A DNA stretch of 64,000 nucleotides from the human T2T-CHM13v2.0 reference genome, Homo sapiens. The notes under the pieces were generated by a model that saw only the letters and a list, made by a program, of their open reading frames with translations, did not search any database and was not told where the DNA came from. How positions within the stretch are numbered: position 1 is the stretch's first letter; the number at the start of each line of letters is the position of its first letter. Position numbers and translations under genes: made by a program. The stretch lies in the NCBI RefSeq assembly GCF_009914755.1, contig NC_060934.1. One strand, written 5' to 3'. This document shows, in pieces, positions 42,870 through 57,190 of this stretch.

Positions 42870-45300
42870 CAAATAACATCAAATACCTAGAAATGAATCT
42901 AATAAAAGATGTGCAAGACCTCTCCACCAAATGTTACAAACATTACTGTGAGGAATTAGAGAAGACCTAATAAGATGTAATAATACATCATATTTTGTAT
43001 TGAAAACTTAATATTATGAAGATGCTCATTCTTACCAAATTGACCTATAGATTTAAAAGAATTTCAATCAGTTATTGCCAAAGGTTTTAGGGGTAGAAAT
43101 TGACAAGCTGATTCTAAAATTTATATGGAAATACAAAACTCAAGAATAGCCAAGAAAATTGCTCAAGAATAGGCAAGAAAAACTTGAAGAAAAACAACAA
43201 AGCTGAAGTATCATACTACCAAATATTCAGGCTTATTTTAAAGCTATAATAATCAAGACAGGATGTTATTGCTCTGAGAATAAATAAATAAACCAGTGGA
43301 ATAGAATAGAGAGCTCACAAGCAGACTTACCTAGTTTATGACAAAATGACACTAATGTGTTGTAGGGAAAAAGATGGCCTTTTCAATAACTGTGGCTAAA
43401 CCAATTAAACACTTATATAGGGTAAAAAAGGAATCTTGACTCTCATATCCCATTCTTTATAAAAATCAATTATAGGTATATTGTAGATCTATAAATAAAA
43501 GGTAAAATCATAAAAGTTTTAGAAAAAAATATAGGCTATTTTCATGACACTGGGGATAAACAGATTTCATAAACAGGACACAAAATGTACTACTATGTAA
43601 TAAAATGGAAATTTGCATTACTTTAAATAAGAACTTCTGTTAATCCAAATATACCATTGGTAAGTCATGTAATGAGATTGACAAAGCAAAGGACTCATCA
43701 AAAATTTTATTAAAAACTTCCCAGAATCAATAAGATAGGGTAAAAGAGACCAACTAAAAATGGGCAAACAACTCGAATGAATACTTCACAACGAAGGCTA
43801 TTCAAATGATGAAAACACATTGAAAAGTTTCCCAACTTCATGTTGTTATAGTAAAACCACAATGCTCTGCAACTGAGTGCCTGCCAGAATGGGTGAACTG
43901 TAAAAACAGGGAATACCAAAGCATTAGTGGAGGCATGAAGCAGCTGAGAGTATCACACTCTTCTGAGGGAGGATAAATCTGTATTACCACTTTTAAAAAT
44001 TATGCTTTAAATGATAAAAATTGCATATATATATATAATTTTATATATATACACACAATTATATATATAGTGTTTCATAACTACTTTAGAAAAATATTTC
44101 TAAATATAGAATCTATTTAGGAATATTTCTATATATATTACATATATATTCTATATATAACATATAATATATGTAATATATATTACATATAATATATATT
44201 ACATATAATATATGTAATATATATTACATATAATATATATTACATATAATATATGTAATATATATTACATATAATATATATAATATATATTACATATAAT
44301 ATATATAATATATATTACATATAATATATATAATATATATTACATATAATATATATAATATATATTACATATAATATATATAATATATTACATATAATAT
44401 ATATTATATAATATATTACATAATATATATTACATAATATATATTATATAATATATTACATATAATATATATTATATAATATATATATAATATATATAGA
44501 ATATATATTATATAATATATATATAATATATAGAATATATATTATATATATATTACATATATAAAAATGTTTCTGTATATGGAAATGTGTATATACATTA
44601 TTTTTTTCTAAAACTAGTTGTAGAACACTATATATAGAACACTATATATGTATGTGTATATATATATATAGTGGTCTGGAGTGCTGGTAATTTTTGTTTC
44701 TTGATCCTTGTGTATGTTGGAAGGTTTTGTTTCTATTCATGAAAATATATCTATATATAGAACACTAGTGTTCCATAGCTACTTTAGAAAAGTATTTGGC
44801 AATATCTAAGATGATCATATGTATAAACTTTCACCAAGAAATTCTACTCCTGAGTTTTCAGAATTCTACCCAACAAATTGGAGGACGTATGTTTACCAAA
44901 AAGCACACAGGACTGCTCGTGCCAACACTCTTCTTAATAATCTCCAAACTAAAGGAAAGTAAAACGTCTAATAGTAGAATGATTAAATTGTAGTATATTC
45001 ACATAATACAAAGTAGACCGAAATAATGATAAACTACAATTCAAGCAAAAGTGCACATGACTCTCACAATATTGAATACAATAAGTCAGACACAGAAGAG
45101 GACAAACTGCTTGAACCCATTTATATAAGTTCAGAAATGAACGAGCGTGGTCTGGAGTGGTGGTAATTTTTGTTTCTTGATCCTTGTGTATGTTGGAAGG
45201 TTTTGTTTCTTTTTATGAAAATGTATCTAGCTGTAAACTTGATTTGTGAACATGTTTGTTAATAGTATGGATTTTATTTCAAGGGAATGCATACTTTAAA
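42870..45300 (+). mobile_element. Ancient L1M (MC/MD/ME) ORF2 + 3'UTR, interrupted at ~44020-44766
   Basis: AAATACCTAGAAATGAATCTAATAAAAGATGTGCAAGACC...GACAAGCTGATTCTAAAATTTATATGGAAAT. Resumes as TATTTGGCAATATCT after the AT-rich insert. Confidence 0.85.
44125..44565. repeat. AT-rich minisatellite/VNTR (units such as TACATATAATATATAT and TACATATAATATATATAATATATAT)
   Basis: Direct reading, almost entirely A/T. Confidence 0.92.
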
Positions 45301-47299
45301 AAGCCAACTCTCAAAATTTACCCCTGAAATTATTTTTATTTCAGTAATTTTTGCTAAAAAGTTCCATATAAATAATCCTCTGCTACGGTTAGAGCCCATG
45401 TCTACTTTGTGTAGTACTGCTGGTGTTTACATACTCAGATTTGTAAGCTCTGGGCACATGGATTGATTTGAGAGGACAGATGCTTTATTTGCAAATGCTT
45501 ACCCTCTTGTGTTGCAGTTAACAAGCCTGCTAAGCAGGCTGCATACAGAATAGTGAAAGATTTACAGCCAAACTCTACATGCTCAAGAAAAAGACGGAAA
45601 CTGTGTGTCTAATCGTCTAATCAGCAATTGTATATTGGTAAAGTACCAAGATATCTTAAAGGCATTCAATGTCCAAGGAAAACACAGGAGGATAACCTAG
45701 GAGTCCTTGGGGTTGGACACATGGGAGAGGTGGTCTTAGAACTCCCTCTTCCATGCCCTATTTCTTCTTATCAGTGGGAGTTAAGGTTGAGAAAGATTTC
45801 TGAATTCTCTACCAAGAATAAACAAATATTAAATTCCTTTTATGTGAGCACTCCTGGCAAGGCAATGTAGAATATAAGAGCAAAGACGTAACTGATAAGG
45901 TAGAAATACTTCCTGACCTTGAGAGACTCAGAAGGTAATCTTACTAGTTTTGAAAAACCACAAAGATTTCACTAAATTGAACTTCAGGTTTTGAACTTAA
46001 AGATAAGAAACATGTCACAGAGAAGTTGACCTCATTTTAGGTTTACCTGAAAGGTTCAAGATGCTCTTGCCAGCATTTTCCTGCTACTCCACATGCACAC
46101 ATGCCTTGAATAGCCTGTGTGGTGTTCATCTTAGCACATTTACATGGCCTTCTTCCTTAGTTTGTTGGAGCCCTTATATCAGTAAACAGACTTTAGTTCT
46201 CAGATTCAAGGATCAAAAATAAGGGAAGTGTTGAGTCCCAGATAAAGCAGAGGACTATTGCATCTAACTTTGTCTTCCATATTAATGCTCTTGTGCGCAT
46301 GTGTTTGTAGCCACCGTCAATGTTGCAATGTCAGCGGTCACTCCTGAAACGCAGCCTGAAGACCTCACCAAATCTGATTGCATCCCTCCTTTCCTTTAGT
46401 AAATGTTGGAGAATGACTGCAGCACCTGATTAAACCAGGCAATGGGTGTGTGTGCCATGGTGGGGATGAGGGATAGGGACAAGTGAGAATCATTTTTATT
46501 TTGTTGAAATGTTAAAATAGACAAAGAAATTGAGAGTTACTAGGTCAGGGAGTTTGGGCTGAAAGTTACATGATTAATAGAAACTCCAAATCTTATTTCC
46601 TCAGACTGTATACATGCTATAAATCTGATATGGGAGAAAGGATGATGATGCAGCACTAATGGAAATGAAAGCAGATTTGGGGAAACACTTACCTTGCACA
46701 GAGTAGTAGGTATGATTATTTTAGCTGCATGCAACAATATGATATATTTCTGCCGTACAAGATTGCTTTACTAAAATTTAAGTCATCTTCTCTTGTCTAA
46801 TGACCAGAAAATTAGCCTTACAACACCACCACTGGGAGCCATTTTCTACTAAGGAGGGGTTGTGCTAAGTCAGACTCCTGGGCTGACTAAATCCCCTAAT
46901 AAGTAAACAGAATTTAAGAGATACTACTCATACTTTTGAACAGTAAAACCTCAAACAGTGTCATCCAGGGACTACAGATTTCAGGCATTTCTTCTTTAAC
47001 AGGAAGGAATAAAGATATCTTTAAAAATCAAGACAGAAGGATAAACCCTTGCAGATGTAGAAGTTGTAAAATTTATTTCTCTACTATTCTACTAAATTTT
47101 AAAAACTAGCCTGTATATAAAATTTCTCTCAGAGAATCATCTATCAACTTGTTAACATATACATATTATTTATTACATATGTACATATATTATGTGTGCA
47201 TATATATGCACATATTTTATATATACATACGTATAAAAATATAGATATAATGTATGTATTAACAAAATGAAGTTTAACTCTTGCCCATAAAAGAAATTG

Positions 47300-48110
47300 G
47301 ATGTTGAATGAACCTAACAGACTCTAAATATAGGGCCTGGATTGTCAATGCCTGGAGTTACCTTCATAGGAAGATAGACTCCTGAATCAGGAGGAAATGG
47401 TGTATACTTAGCCAAGTAGGGTGTACTGAACTTTCTAACAACAACAAAAAACCATAGAAAGTGAAAGTAGATGGGGCTGAGGAATGTGTATGGCTTGAAC
47501 AGTAGCCTTATGGGGGATAGAGATGCACTGGCTCCTCATGTTTCATTTTGGCTATAGGCCAAAATCTTATGTGTGATCCTTCAATTAACAAAAGGTAATT
47601 AACAAAGATTTGCCTGTCCCTCATGGGAGGAAGTCACCCTTCACACACCAGACTTGGTATTCAGCAAGTGCCCGGATATGAAGGAAGGAAATTGCAGTCA
47701 AGGACTCAGCCCTTTATTAAGAAGCCACCTGTGATGGTTAATACTGAGTGTCAACTTGATTGGACTGAAGGATGCAAAGTATTGATCCTGGGTGTGTCTG
47801 TGAGGGTGTTGCCAAAGGAGATTAACATTTGAGTCAGTGGGCTGGGAAAGGCAGACCCACCCTTAATCTGGGTGGGCATCATCTAATCAGATGCCAGATC
47901 AGCTAGAATATAAGCAGGCAGAAAAATGTGAAAAGAGAGACTGGTCTAGCCTCCCAGCCTACCTCTTTCTCCTGTGCTGGATGCTTCCTGCCCTCAAACA
48001 TCAGACTCCAAGTTCTTCAGTTTTAGAACTTGGACTGGCTCTCCTTGTTCCTCAGCCTGCAGAGGGCCTATTGTGGGACCTTGTGATCATGTAAGTTAAT
48101 ACTTAATAAA

Positions 48111-48142
<32 letters not shown>

Positions 48143-48693
48143 GCATTATATTTCATATGCAATATATATGCAATATATATGCTATATATATGCAATATAT
48201 ATGCTATATATATAGTATACATATGCTATATATATGCAATATATATATGCTCTCTCTCTCTATATATATATATGCAATATATATAGCATTAGCTCTGTCC
48301 CTCTAGAGAACCTTGACTAATACACCACCTTATTAGGTGCCTCAGGTAAGGCCCTTCTTTGGCATCTTCACCAAGTTTACCTTATTGGGGCTTTTGGCTG
48401 AAGAACTTTGTTCCAGTTTGACTCAGTACCTTTTCACTCCTATGCCTTCCCTGTACCCTTGCCTCTGCCCAGGGGTCCATAAAGAGACAAGATCGTTTTG
48501 TTCAGGGATCGCTAGCAGTGGGATGATTCCCCTATGACTGTGCAGCATCCACCTGACCCTTTCCTGGTTCCCTTCCACGGGAAGCAATGGAACAGAATAG
48601 GGGGGCTAATTTGGCCCGTTGCTAGTACTGTCTCAGTCGGTAAATAAAGGTTTGATTGTCATATTCAGTTTAGTTCATTTTGTAAACTGTACA
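47300..48693 (+). mobile_element. Probable older LTR (family unassigned) hosting MLT2A1
   Basis: GC-richer block continuous across the MLT2A1 TSD, with AATAAA near 48643 about 45 nt before a ...TGTACA end. Family not recognised and left boundary uncertain. Confidence 0.35.
47730..48324 (+). mobile_element. MLT2A1 (HERV-L) solo LTR with expanded internal (TA)-rich tract
   Basis: TGTGATGGTTAATACTGAGTGTCAACTTG ... CTAGAGAACCTTGACTAATACA. Perfect 5-bp TSD CCACC at 47725-47729 and 48325-48329. Confidence 0.93.
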
Positions 48694-49753
48694 CCTTGAT
48701 ACCTGATTACTTGACAAAATTAAAAAGACTGCAAGCGAAAAATACTTTTCGGTAAGGCAGAGTAACTTTAATCAAACCATATCTACAGAGAAAAGCTATA
48801 CAAGTTGAAAGAAATACCAAAACAGCTTTTTGAAGGCACCAGAAATCAACCAAGAGGGTGAGGAATTGAGGGATCTTGAGCCCTAAGTGATTGGTGGCAC
48901 AGTGATGTAAGCCATAAATTCTCTGTCATTTTTTTCCCTCAAGGCAGTTGTCATTTCTAAACACTGGGATAAGAGGATCATCAAAATTGTGGGATCTGAG
49001 CTTTCAGCAGTCTCACAGGGCTGGGGACATAAAAACTAGAAATTGGTATTACCAAGGCCAAAATCCTGGAGCAAAGGAAGCCTGTACGAGGAAGCCTGGT
49101 GTTCAGCAGCACTTTTCCACAGGGCATTTGCTGCCTCCTAACTTTTGTGAGGCAAGAAGGCCAGAAGGCAGGAGAAAGGGAAAGGTAAGAATCTGAAAAG
49201 CTAGGCTGAGCTTTTGGTAATCTCACAGTACTGAGAGAATGAAAATTGGAGCAGACAGCAACAGAGAGTTTAAGCCCTGGTAAAACCCAGATTTTCAGTT
49301 GAGAATGTAAAACGTTACCTCCACACAGTGCATACATTCCAGACAGACCTTCACAAAGACTGAGCTGCAGGCTTGAGTCACTTGAAAAGCTAACTGGATT
49401 AAGGCCATCTTCCTTTACATTAAATATACAAGGAGAACACAAAACCCTCTCTAGATACAGATAACACCTTAGAGTCTTTGAAAATTCTCGTCCATATAGC
49501 CAGAATTCAGCTTGAAACAAGAACACCAGATATACCTGGAGACAGGACCAAGTAACAATCCAATAAGAAGAGAGGGAAAAATAACAAACAAAATATCAAA
49601 CCAAACAACAATAAAAACCAACCATAAAATAGAAATAGACTCAGATCTGTACTTTTCAGATACAGATTTTAAAACAACTGATACTTAATTTTTTAAGAAA
49701 AAAAAATAACAGGATAATAAATTTTACCAAAGAGCTAGATGTACAAAAGATAA

Positions 49754-50065
<312 letters not shown>

Positions 50066-51012
50066 TTACTGAACAAAAAATACCATAAATTAAATTAAAA
50101 AACAAGTAATGGGTGTAATAGTATATTAGACAAATTAGAAGAAAAGATTAATGAATTAGAAAAAGAAGCCAGGACAAAATATTCAGAATGAAGATTTTTT
50201 TCAAGGGATGAAAAATACAGAAAAGAGAGTAAGGGCTGATGAACCATACAACAAAAAGCTAAGAAATGCATTTTGGAGTCTTGATGGAGATGAGACAAAG
50301 AAATACACAATATTTGAAGAGATATTGACCCCCTCCCCCAAAATTTATATTTGATGATAGACTATGGACTCAAACAGGGTAATCAAAGAAAAATACACAT
50401 AGGCACACTAGAAAAATACATTAAAAAACTATTAAGGATCAAATATAAAGACATAGTCTTTAAATAAGCCAAAGAGAATATTATTACTCTTAAAAGAGTA
50501 GCAAAAAGATAGACAACTCATTTGTGAATGAGACCGGATATAGGAAGAAATAAAATGTTATCCAGAATGGGCTAAAATAATATTGTGGACAGCCTAAAAT
50601 TCTATATCCTTCAGTAACATCCTTCAAAAATTAAGGCAAAATCAACATTTTCAGGCAAATAAAAGCAGATAAATATTATGTCAACAATCTCACTCTCATC
50701 CAAAATGCTAGAGCAAATTCTTCATGCAAAAATATTAGTTGGAAGCACAATAAAATGGGAGGTAATCAAAAGCAATACATGTATAAATATGAGTCAATTT
50801 ATGTTTGTTTATGCAAATTAATTAAAATGTATTATATAATTAAAATTTACAAATAAAATAAGGGACAACAATAGCACATAAATATGAAGGCGATAAATGA
50901 AGTTAAAATTTATGAGGTTCTGGCATTGTCCAGGAGGTACTAAAATTTACATCAGAATCAAAATGTTTACATGATACACATTGTACTGTCTAGGATAACC
51001 CTAAACTAATAA

Positions 51013-51373
<361 letters not shown>

Positions 51374-52618
51374 AATAATAACAATATTTGATTAATGCAA
51401 ACAAAGGTGAGAAAAAAGAACAAAATATAAAATAGAGAATAAAAACACATGGGAAATGTAGACATGAATATTATTATGGTAAATATAAACTCAAATATAC
51501 TACCTATTGCATTAAATGTAGAAAATCTAAATATTAATAATTCAGTTAAAGGATATAGATTTTTAGCAGGATAAAAACGTTAGTGCTTATAAGAGACACA
51601 ACTGAAATAAAGAACAGAGAACAAAAGGATTAAAAAAGGTATAAACACTAACCAAAAGAAAACTTGGGTAATTATACCAAAATGAGACACTATAAACTTT
51701 AACAGAGCAAGTATTACTAGAATTATAGAAAGATATTTCGTAATGAAAAAACCAGACTATAGGAAAGATAATTCTAAATTTGTTGTAATAAAAAATTCAA
51801 AATATATAAAACAGATACACTAAAATTTTGAAAAAGAATAAAATCATTTTACTAAGTATTTCTTTCATCATAAAATACTATAAAGAGGGAGAAAAGGCAA
51901 ATCTTAGACTGGTAAAAGATGTTTTTGGGTGCATACATTTTACCAAAAGCTAATATCTAGATATATAAATAACATTTATAAATCAATACAAAAAGGGCAA
52001 CATCATTAAAAGGGCAAAATATTCAACAGATACTTCACCAAAGAGATACGTAATGTTCAAAAACCATACAAAATGGATCTCAACAGCATTATTCATGAGG
52101 AATATGAAAATTAAAACTACACAAAATACTATCTGCCCGTCAAGACAGTAAAAATTACAAGACTGACAAAACTAAATGTTGATGAAGGTGTGGGACACTG
52201 GACCTCTTATACACTGCTGCTGGAAAAGTAAATATTTACAACCATGTTTGTAAACTGTTTGGCAATTTCATTTGAAGTAAAACATATACCTGCCTTATGA
52301 ACCAGCATGTGTACTCCCAGGCATATTTCCAGAAAATATGAAAGCCTGTTCTCACTGAAAGACAATTACAAGAATGTTCACAGAAGATCAAAACTGAAAA
52401 TAAAAAAAACCCAATCTGAATATCCACCAGAGAATGAATAGTACATTTTGGTTTATTCATACAATGAAATACTAAAAAGCACTTAAATTGGGCAGTCCAG
52501 AGCTACATGAAAGCAACATGTATGCATCTCAAAGCCCTGAAAGAAGCTAGATGAAAAAATGTGTGTATTACATGATTTTCTGTCTATGACGATCAAGAAT
52601 TAGAAAATTATTCTAAGT

Positions 52619-53085
<467 letters not shown>

Positions 53086-54373
53086 CTATATCATCCATCT
53101 CTTTAGTAGTTACACAAGTATGTGTACTTCATGATATACATACTTGTGAAGTACACAAGATGTTGTGCACTTCATGATATACCTCAATTAAAATGTACAC
53201 AGAAAAAATAAGCAGCAAACACAAAACCAAATATTTAAAGCAGTTAATTTAAACCATGTTTAGAGTTTGCTTCCAATACCATGTATACATTGATCTTCTT
53301 GACTAGAAATCCCTGCAAATTCAAACCATACCCAACTATCAAGCCTAGTTTTCCATGTAGGCTCCTTCAGTCCTTAGATCATTGCATTTTTGTTCTCTCC
53401 TTTAAATTTCTTTAATATATATTGTGACATTCATTCACGTCAACTTTTACCACACACCATTCTATAAGTTGCAGAGTAGCAACAAAATAACCCAAAAAAT
53501 GAATTTTTATTATATTAGTGGGGCAGAAGATCAATAACTTCCATTTATGTCCAGTGGTAAAATTCAAAAATGACAACCTGGGTACTGCACTGAACCTAGC
53601 AACTGTAAATGGCCCCACACACCTGTATTCTGCCTGTATGCCTAGGCTGAAAGATTCATCTCTGGATTTTTGCTTTGATGATAGAAAACATAAACATAAA
53701 AAACATACACACTTTACATTTAAATGTGATATGTATTTCTAGTTCTCAAGAAATAGAATTATCAATGTACCTTTAGAAAAGTTTATTTCTTTATATTTGA
53801 AAAACATTAAATAAAACCAAAATATGTAAATAGATTTTGATTCTAACACAGATGAAATTTTATATTCTGAGTCACAAGGTCTTTTCATCTCCTTGATCCA
53901 CATCTCCATGTCAAAAAAGCAGCATTTATTATGCAAATATGAAGCCACAAGGTATTTGCACTTATCAAAATGTGTCTTAGAGAAAATAAGAAGGGTGGGA
54001 AAGAAGCATAAGGATCCTTTATTCCACGTGGTCTCTTGGATTGAGTTTGCATATGAAGGACAGGAGTTGATTGGATGGCTTCAAGAGAGGTTTTGTTAGC
54101 TCTAGGCATCAACCCATCTGCCCTCTGCAGAATACAGCAGAACACCATTCTTCTCATGTTTACCTGGACTCTGCTTCTGCTCGAATATGGAAGATTAGTA
54201 GCAACAATGAACAATTGACTTTTCTCATGTATTATATAGAATTATTTATATTACATAGCAGTGCTAGTGGCATCTTTACTTATTTGTACCTGGCTGTCAT
54301 ATTATACTGTCTTATCTGTTCCTACAAAATCTAATACGTATATACTCAAAATAATCATTTCGCTGTTTATCAC

Positions 54374-54758
54374 TGCATTAGTCAGCTCAGGCTGTTGTCA
54401 CAAAATAGCATAGACTTGGTGGCTTAAACCACAGAAATTTGTTTTTTAATGTGTTCTGGACAATGGAAGTCTGAGATCAGGGTGCCAGCATGGTTGGGTT
54501 CTGGAGAGGGCTCTTTCTTGGCTTGCAGACAGATAACTTTTTGCTGTGTCTTCATGTGGCCTTTGATCAGTGCATGTAGGTGGCTGGAGAGATAGATATT
54601 GCTCTCTTCTTCTTACAAGGCCACCAATTCTATCAGATTAAGACCCTATCCTTATGACCTCATTAACCTTAATTACCTCCTAAAAGCTTAAATACAGTCA
54701 TATTTGAGGTTAGGGTTTCAGCATAAAAATTTGGGGGAACACTATTTGATCCATAGTG
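54374..54758 (-). mobile_element. MLT1A/A0 (MaLR) solo LTR
   Basis: TGCATTAGTCAGCTCAGGCTG...GAAGTCTGAGATCAGGGTGCCAGCATGG...ATCCATAG. TSD ATCAC/GTCAC. Confidence 0.88.
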
Positions 54759-55389
54759 GTCACCTACCTCATATTTAACCCCTGACTGCATCTTACCTTT
54801 CTTTGCTACAAAATACATTTTCACTACTTATTAAAGAAAATGACAATGGAATTGCCAGGTCCTAAGGGAAGGATGACTTTGAGTACAGAGATACTAGAGG
54901 TAGAGTGACAGCTATGAAGCTACATCAGTGATAGGTTAGGTACTGATTTAGACTAAGATCATGATTTAGACTAGGATAGATGCAGGCCAAAGAAAAAAAA
55001 ATTACAAGTCAGAGAGATTTTACACAAAAAAACTATATTTGACTTCATGAGTGTAAAGCAAAAAAATGTGTAGACTTCAGCCCTGACCTGAAACATATGA
55101 TGGAATTTAGTTTTTTACAAAAATCTCACAAGTCATTGGAATCAATTCTGAAAGTTTTTCAAAACATTTCTGTAACTTATCGATTCACATTTCATAATTT
55201 CTTAGGATAGATTCCAGGAATCTGTATGAAAAGCCACTGGACAATTTGGATAATAATCCAAATTTGGAAAGCACTGTTCAAATTAACAATGACTAAAGAA
55301 TTTCCCATAGTTTAATATTTACTAAAATATATTCAGCAACAGTTGAATGGAAGGAAATAAATTTGAATTTCCAGTTAAAAAATACATTC

Positions 55390-55623
55390 TAATATTTGAT
55401 AGTGCAGTAAGGAAATCAGAGTTAGCAATAATTTATTGTGTATTTCAAATAGCTAGAAGAGAAGAATTATAATGCTCTAATACAAAAAAAAGGTAAATGT
55501 TTAAGGTTATAGATTTCCCAATTACCCTGATTTGTTGATTACACACTGTATACAGGTATCAAAATATCATATGTACCACTAAAATATGTACAAGTATTAT
55601 ATATCGATTAAAAATAAAAATAA
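55390..55623 (+). mobile_element. L1MA 3'-terminal fragment
   Basis: AATAATTTATTGTGTATTTCAAATAGCTAGAAGAGAAG...CAATTACCCTGATTTG...TATCAAAATATCATATGTACC followed by an A tail. Confidence 0.85.
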
Positions 55624-55869
55624 GGTGAACATGAACATAAATAGTTCTAGTCATTCCTAGATATTTTTGGATATTCTTCAGTTTCTAAGAATCTCATTTT
55701 AAGAGAAATTTTCAGATATCTTAATTTTTTCTGGTAGAACCTATTTTTCAACAGTATAAGCAAAACATCTTACAGGAATTTATATCTTTGTGCTTTATTT
55801 CCACTTGTAAAAGCAGCTTTATAAATGCTATTTAATTTGCTACTCACAGCCTGGAAATTAATAGCCAAA

Positions 55870-56110
55870 GTCTTTGAGCATTTATGCATAACCACGTACT
55901 ATGCTGAACACTTTGAATATATCACCACATTGAATCCTTCCAACGACCCAATAAATAGATACAATCAATGTCTCGCTATTAGACCAGTAGGTTCAACCCC
56001 TGAGGCTTACAGAAACCAACAAATTGTCCAAGTTGACAAAATTGATAAGTAGTGAAGTCAAGTCTCAAGCACACAGAATTGGGCCATCAACTGAGGCTTT
56101 TACCATTATA
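55870..56110 (-). mobile_element. MIR
   Basis: TTTGAGCATTTA...ATTGAATCCTTCCAACGACCC...CTGAGGCTTACAGA. Confidence 0.55.
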
Positions 56111-56964
56111 TCAGTTATATATCCCACTTTAATTAAAGACACAGTCAACATGTGTCACTTATGTTGCAGTTTGAGGACAATGGGAGCAATAAGCTAAAGC
56201 CATTGACATATATTTATAGAAAACCAGTGTACTTTTCACACTTCCATATTTTAAAATATGTAGTTCTTTCTCCCCAAAATATCTATTTTGGTAAGGTGGA
56301 TGTGATGAAACCCAAATCATGCTTCAGATAGCCATCAAAACAGGGTAGAGTGTTCATGCCTTTCTAGAATGAAGATGATTTACTGGGTGTCCATTAATAG
56401 CTTCCTCCAAGAGAGTGAAGAATCTACAATTGCCCCAGTATGTTCCAAATTTGGGGACTGGAGAGATGAGGCTGTCAGTCAATGTAATAAGGGCCTTGTT
56501 CTGCAAATGCCCCTGAAGTTAACTAAAGTCTAGATGACAGCACCATTACTGAGGGCTCTGAGACCTCAACAGTCTATACTTGCATGAGTTCTCTGGCATT
56601 ATACAACATAACTACTCATAGGCCTCCTACCCCTAGTCTTTCTCTTCCAAAAGCTTTGGACTTGGTTTAGCTAAGCCTACTATTTTGTTCATAGGGGAAA
56701 TAAAGAGTTCTTTGTATTGTTATTAGAGACAAAAAAAAAAAAAAAAACAAAAAGAGAGAAAGCTGGACATTAGCCTTGGCCCCAGAGTCTGTCTGTACTC
56801 TAATGCAAGTTCTTGTTAATAGGCACTTGTGATTTTTTGGTTTTTCCCATATCCTATGTAGAAATAATTCTTCTTTCATACAAATACCTATTAAAAAGCA
56901 GGATACACAGAGTGTCACCTAGTCACCAAGAAATGTATTTGTGAGGCCCTTGAACTATAATAAT

Positions 56965-57190
56965 AAATAACATTTATCAGATTATTTGCCAGGCACTGCT
57001 TCTTGTAGGCATTTTTCTTGTACTATGTTATTTTACTCTCATTACAACCCAACAAGATTAACATTACTTGTAACTCCACTGCACAGATACAGAAACAGGC
57101 CCAGAGTTATTATAATAGTTAAGTAATAAAGCCACGATTAAAACCAGGAAATGTGTTACTAGAACCGGTCTTCTTAACCACTCACCTATA
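56965..57190 (-). mobile_element. MIR
   Basis: TTTGCCAGGCACTG...CACAGATACAGAAACAGGCCCAGAG...CTTAACCACT. Confidence 0.65.

Noticed and set aside
44125-44565. CRISPR-like or coded repeat array
   Set aside because: Contiguous AT-rich slippage units with no unique spacers, in a eukaryotic context.
47195-47212. 18-bp palindrome TGTGCATATATATGCACA
   Set aside because: Expected within TA/CA low-complexity sequence.
48981-49526. 181-aa minus-strand ORF
   Set aside because: It lies antisense in a probable L1M 5' remnant, starts at a non-ATG codon and has no recognisable domain.
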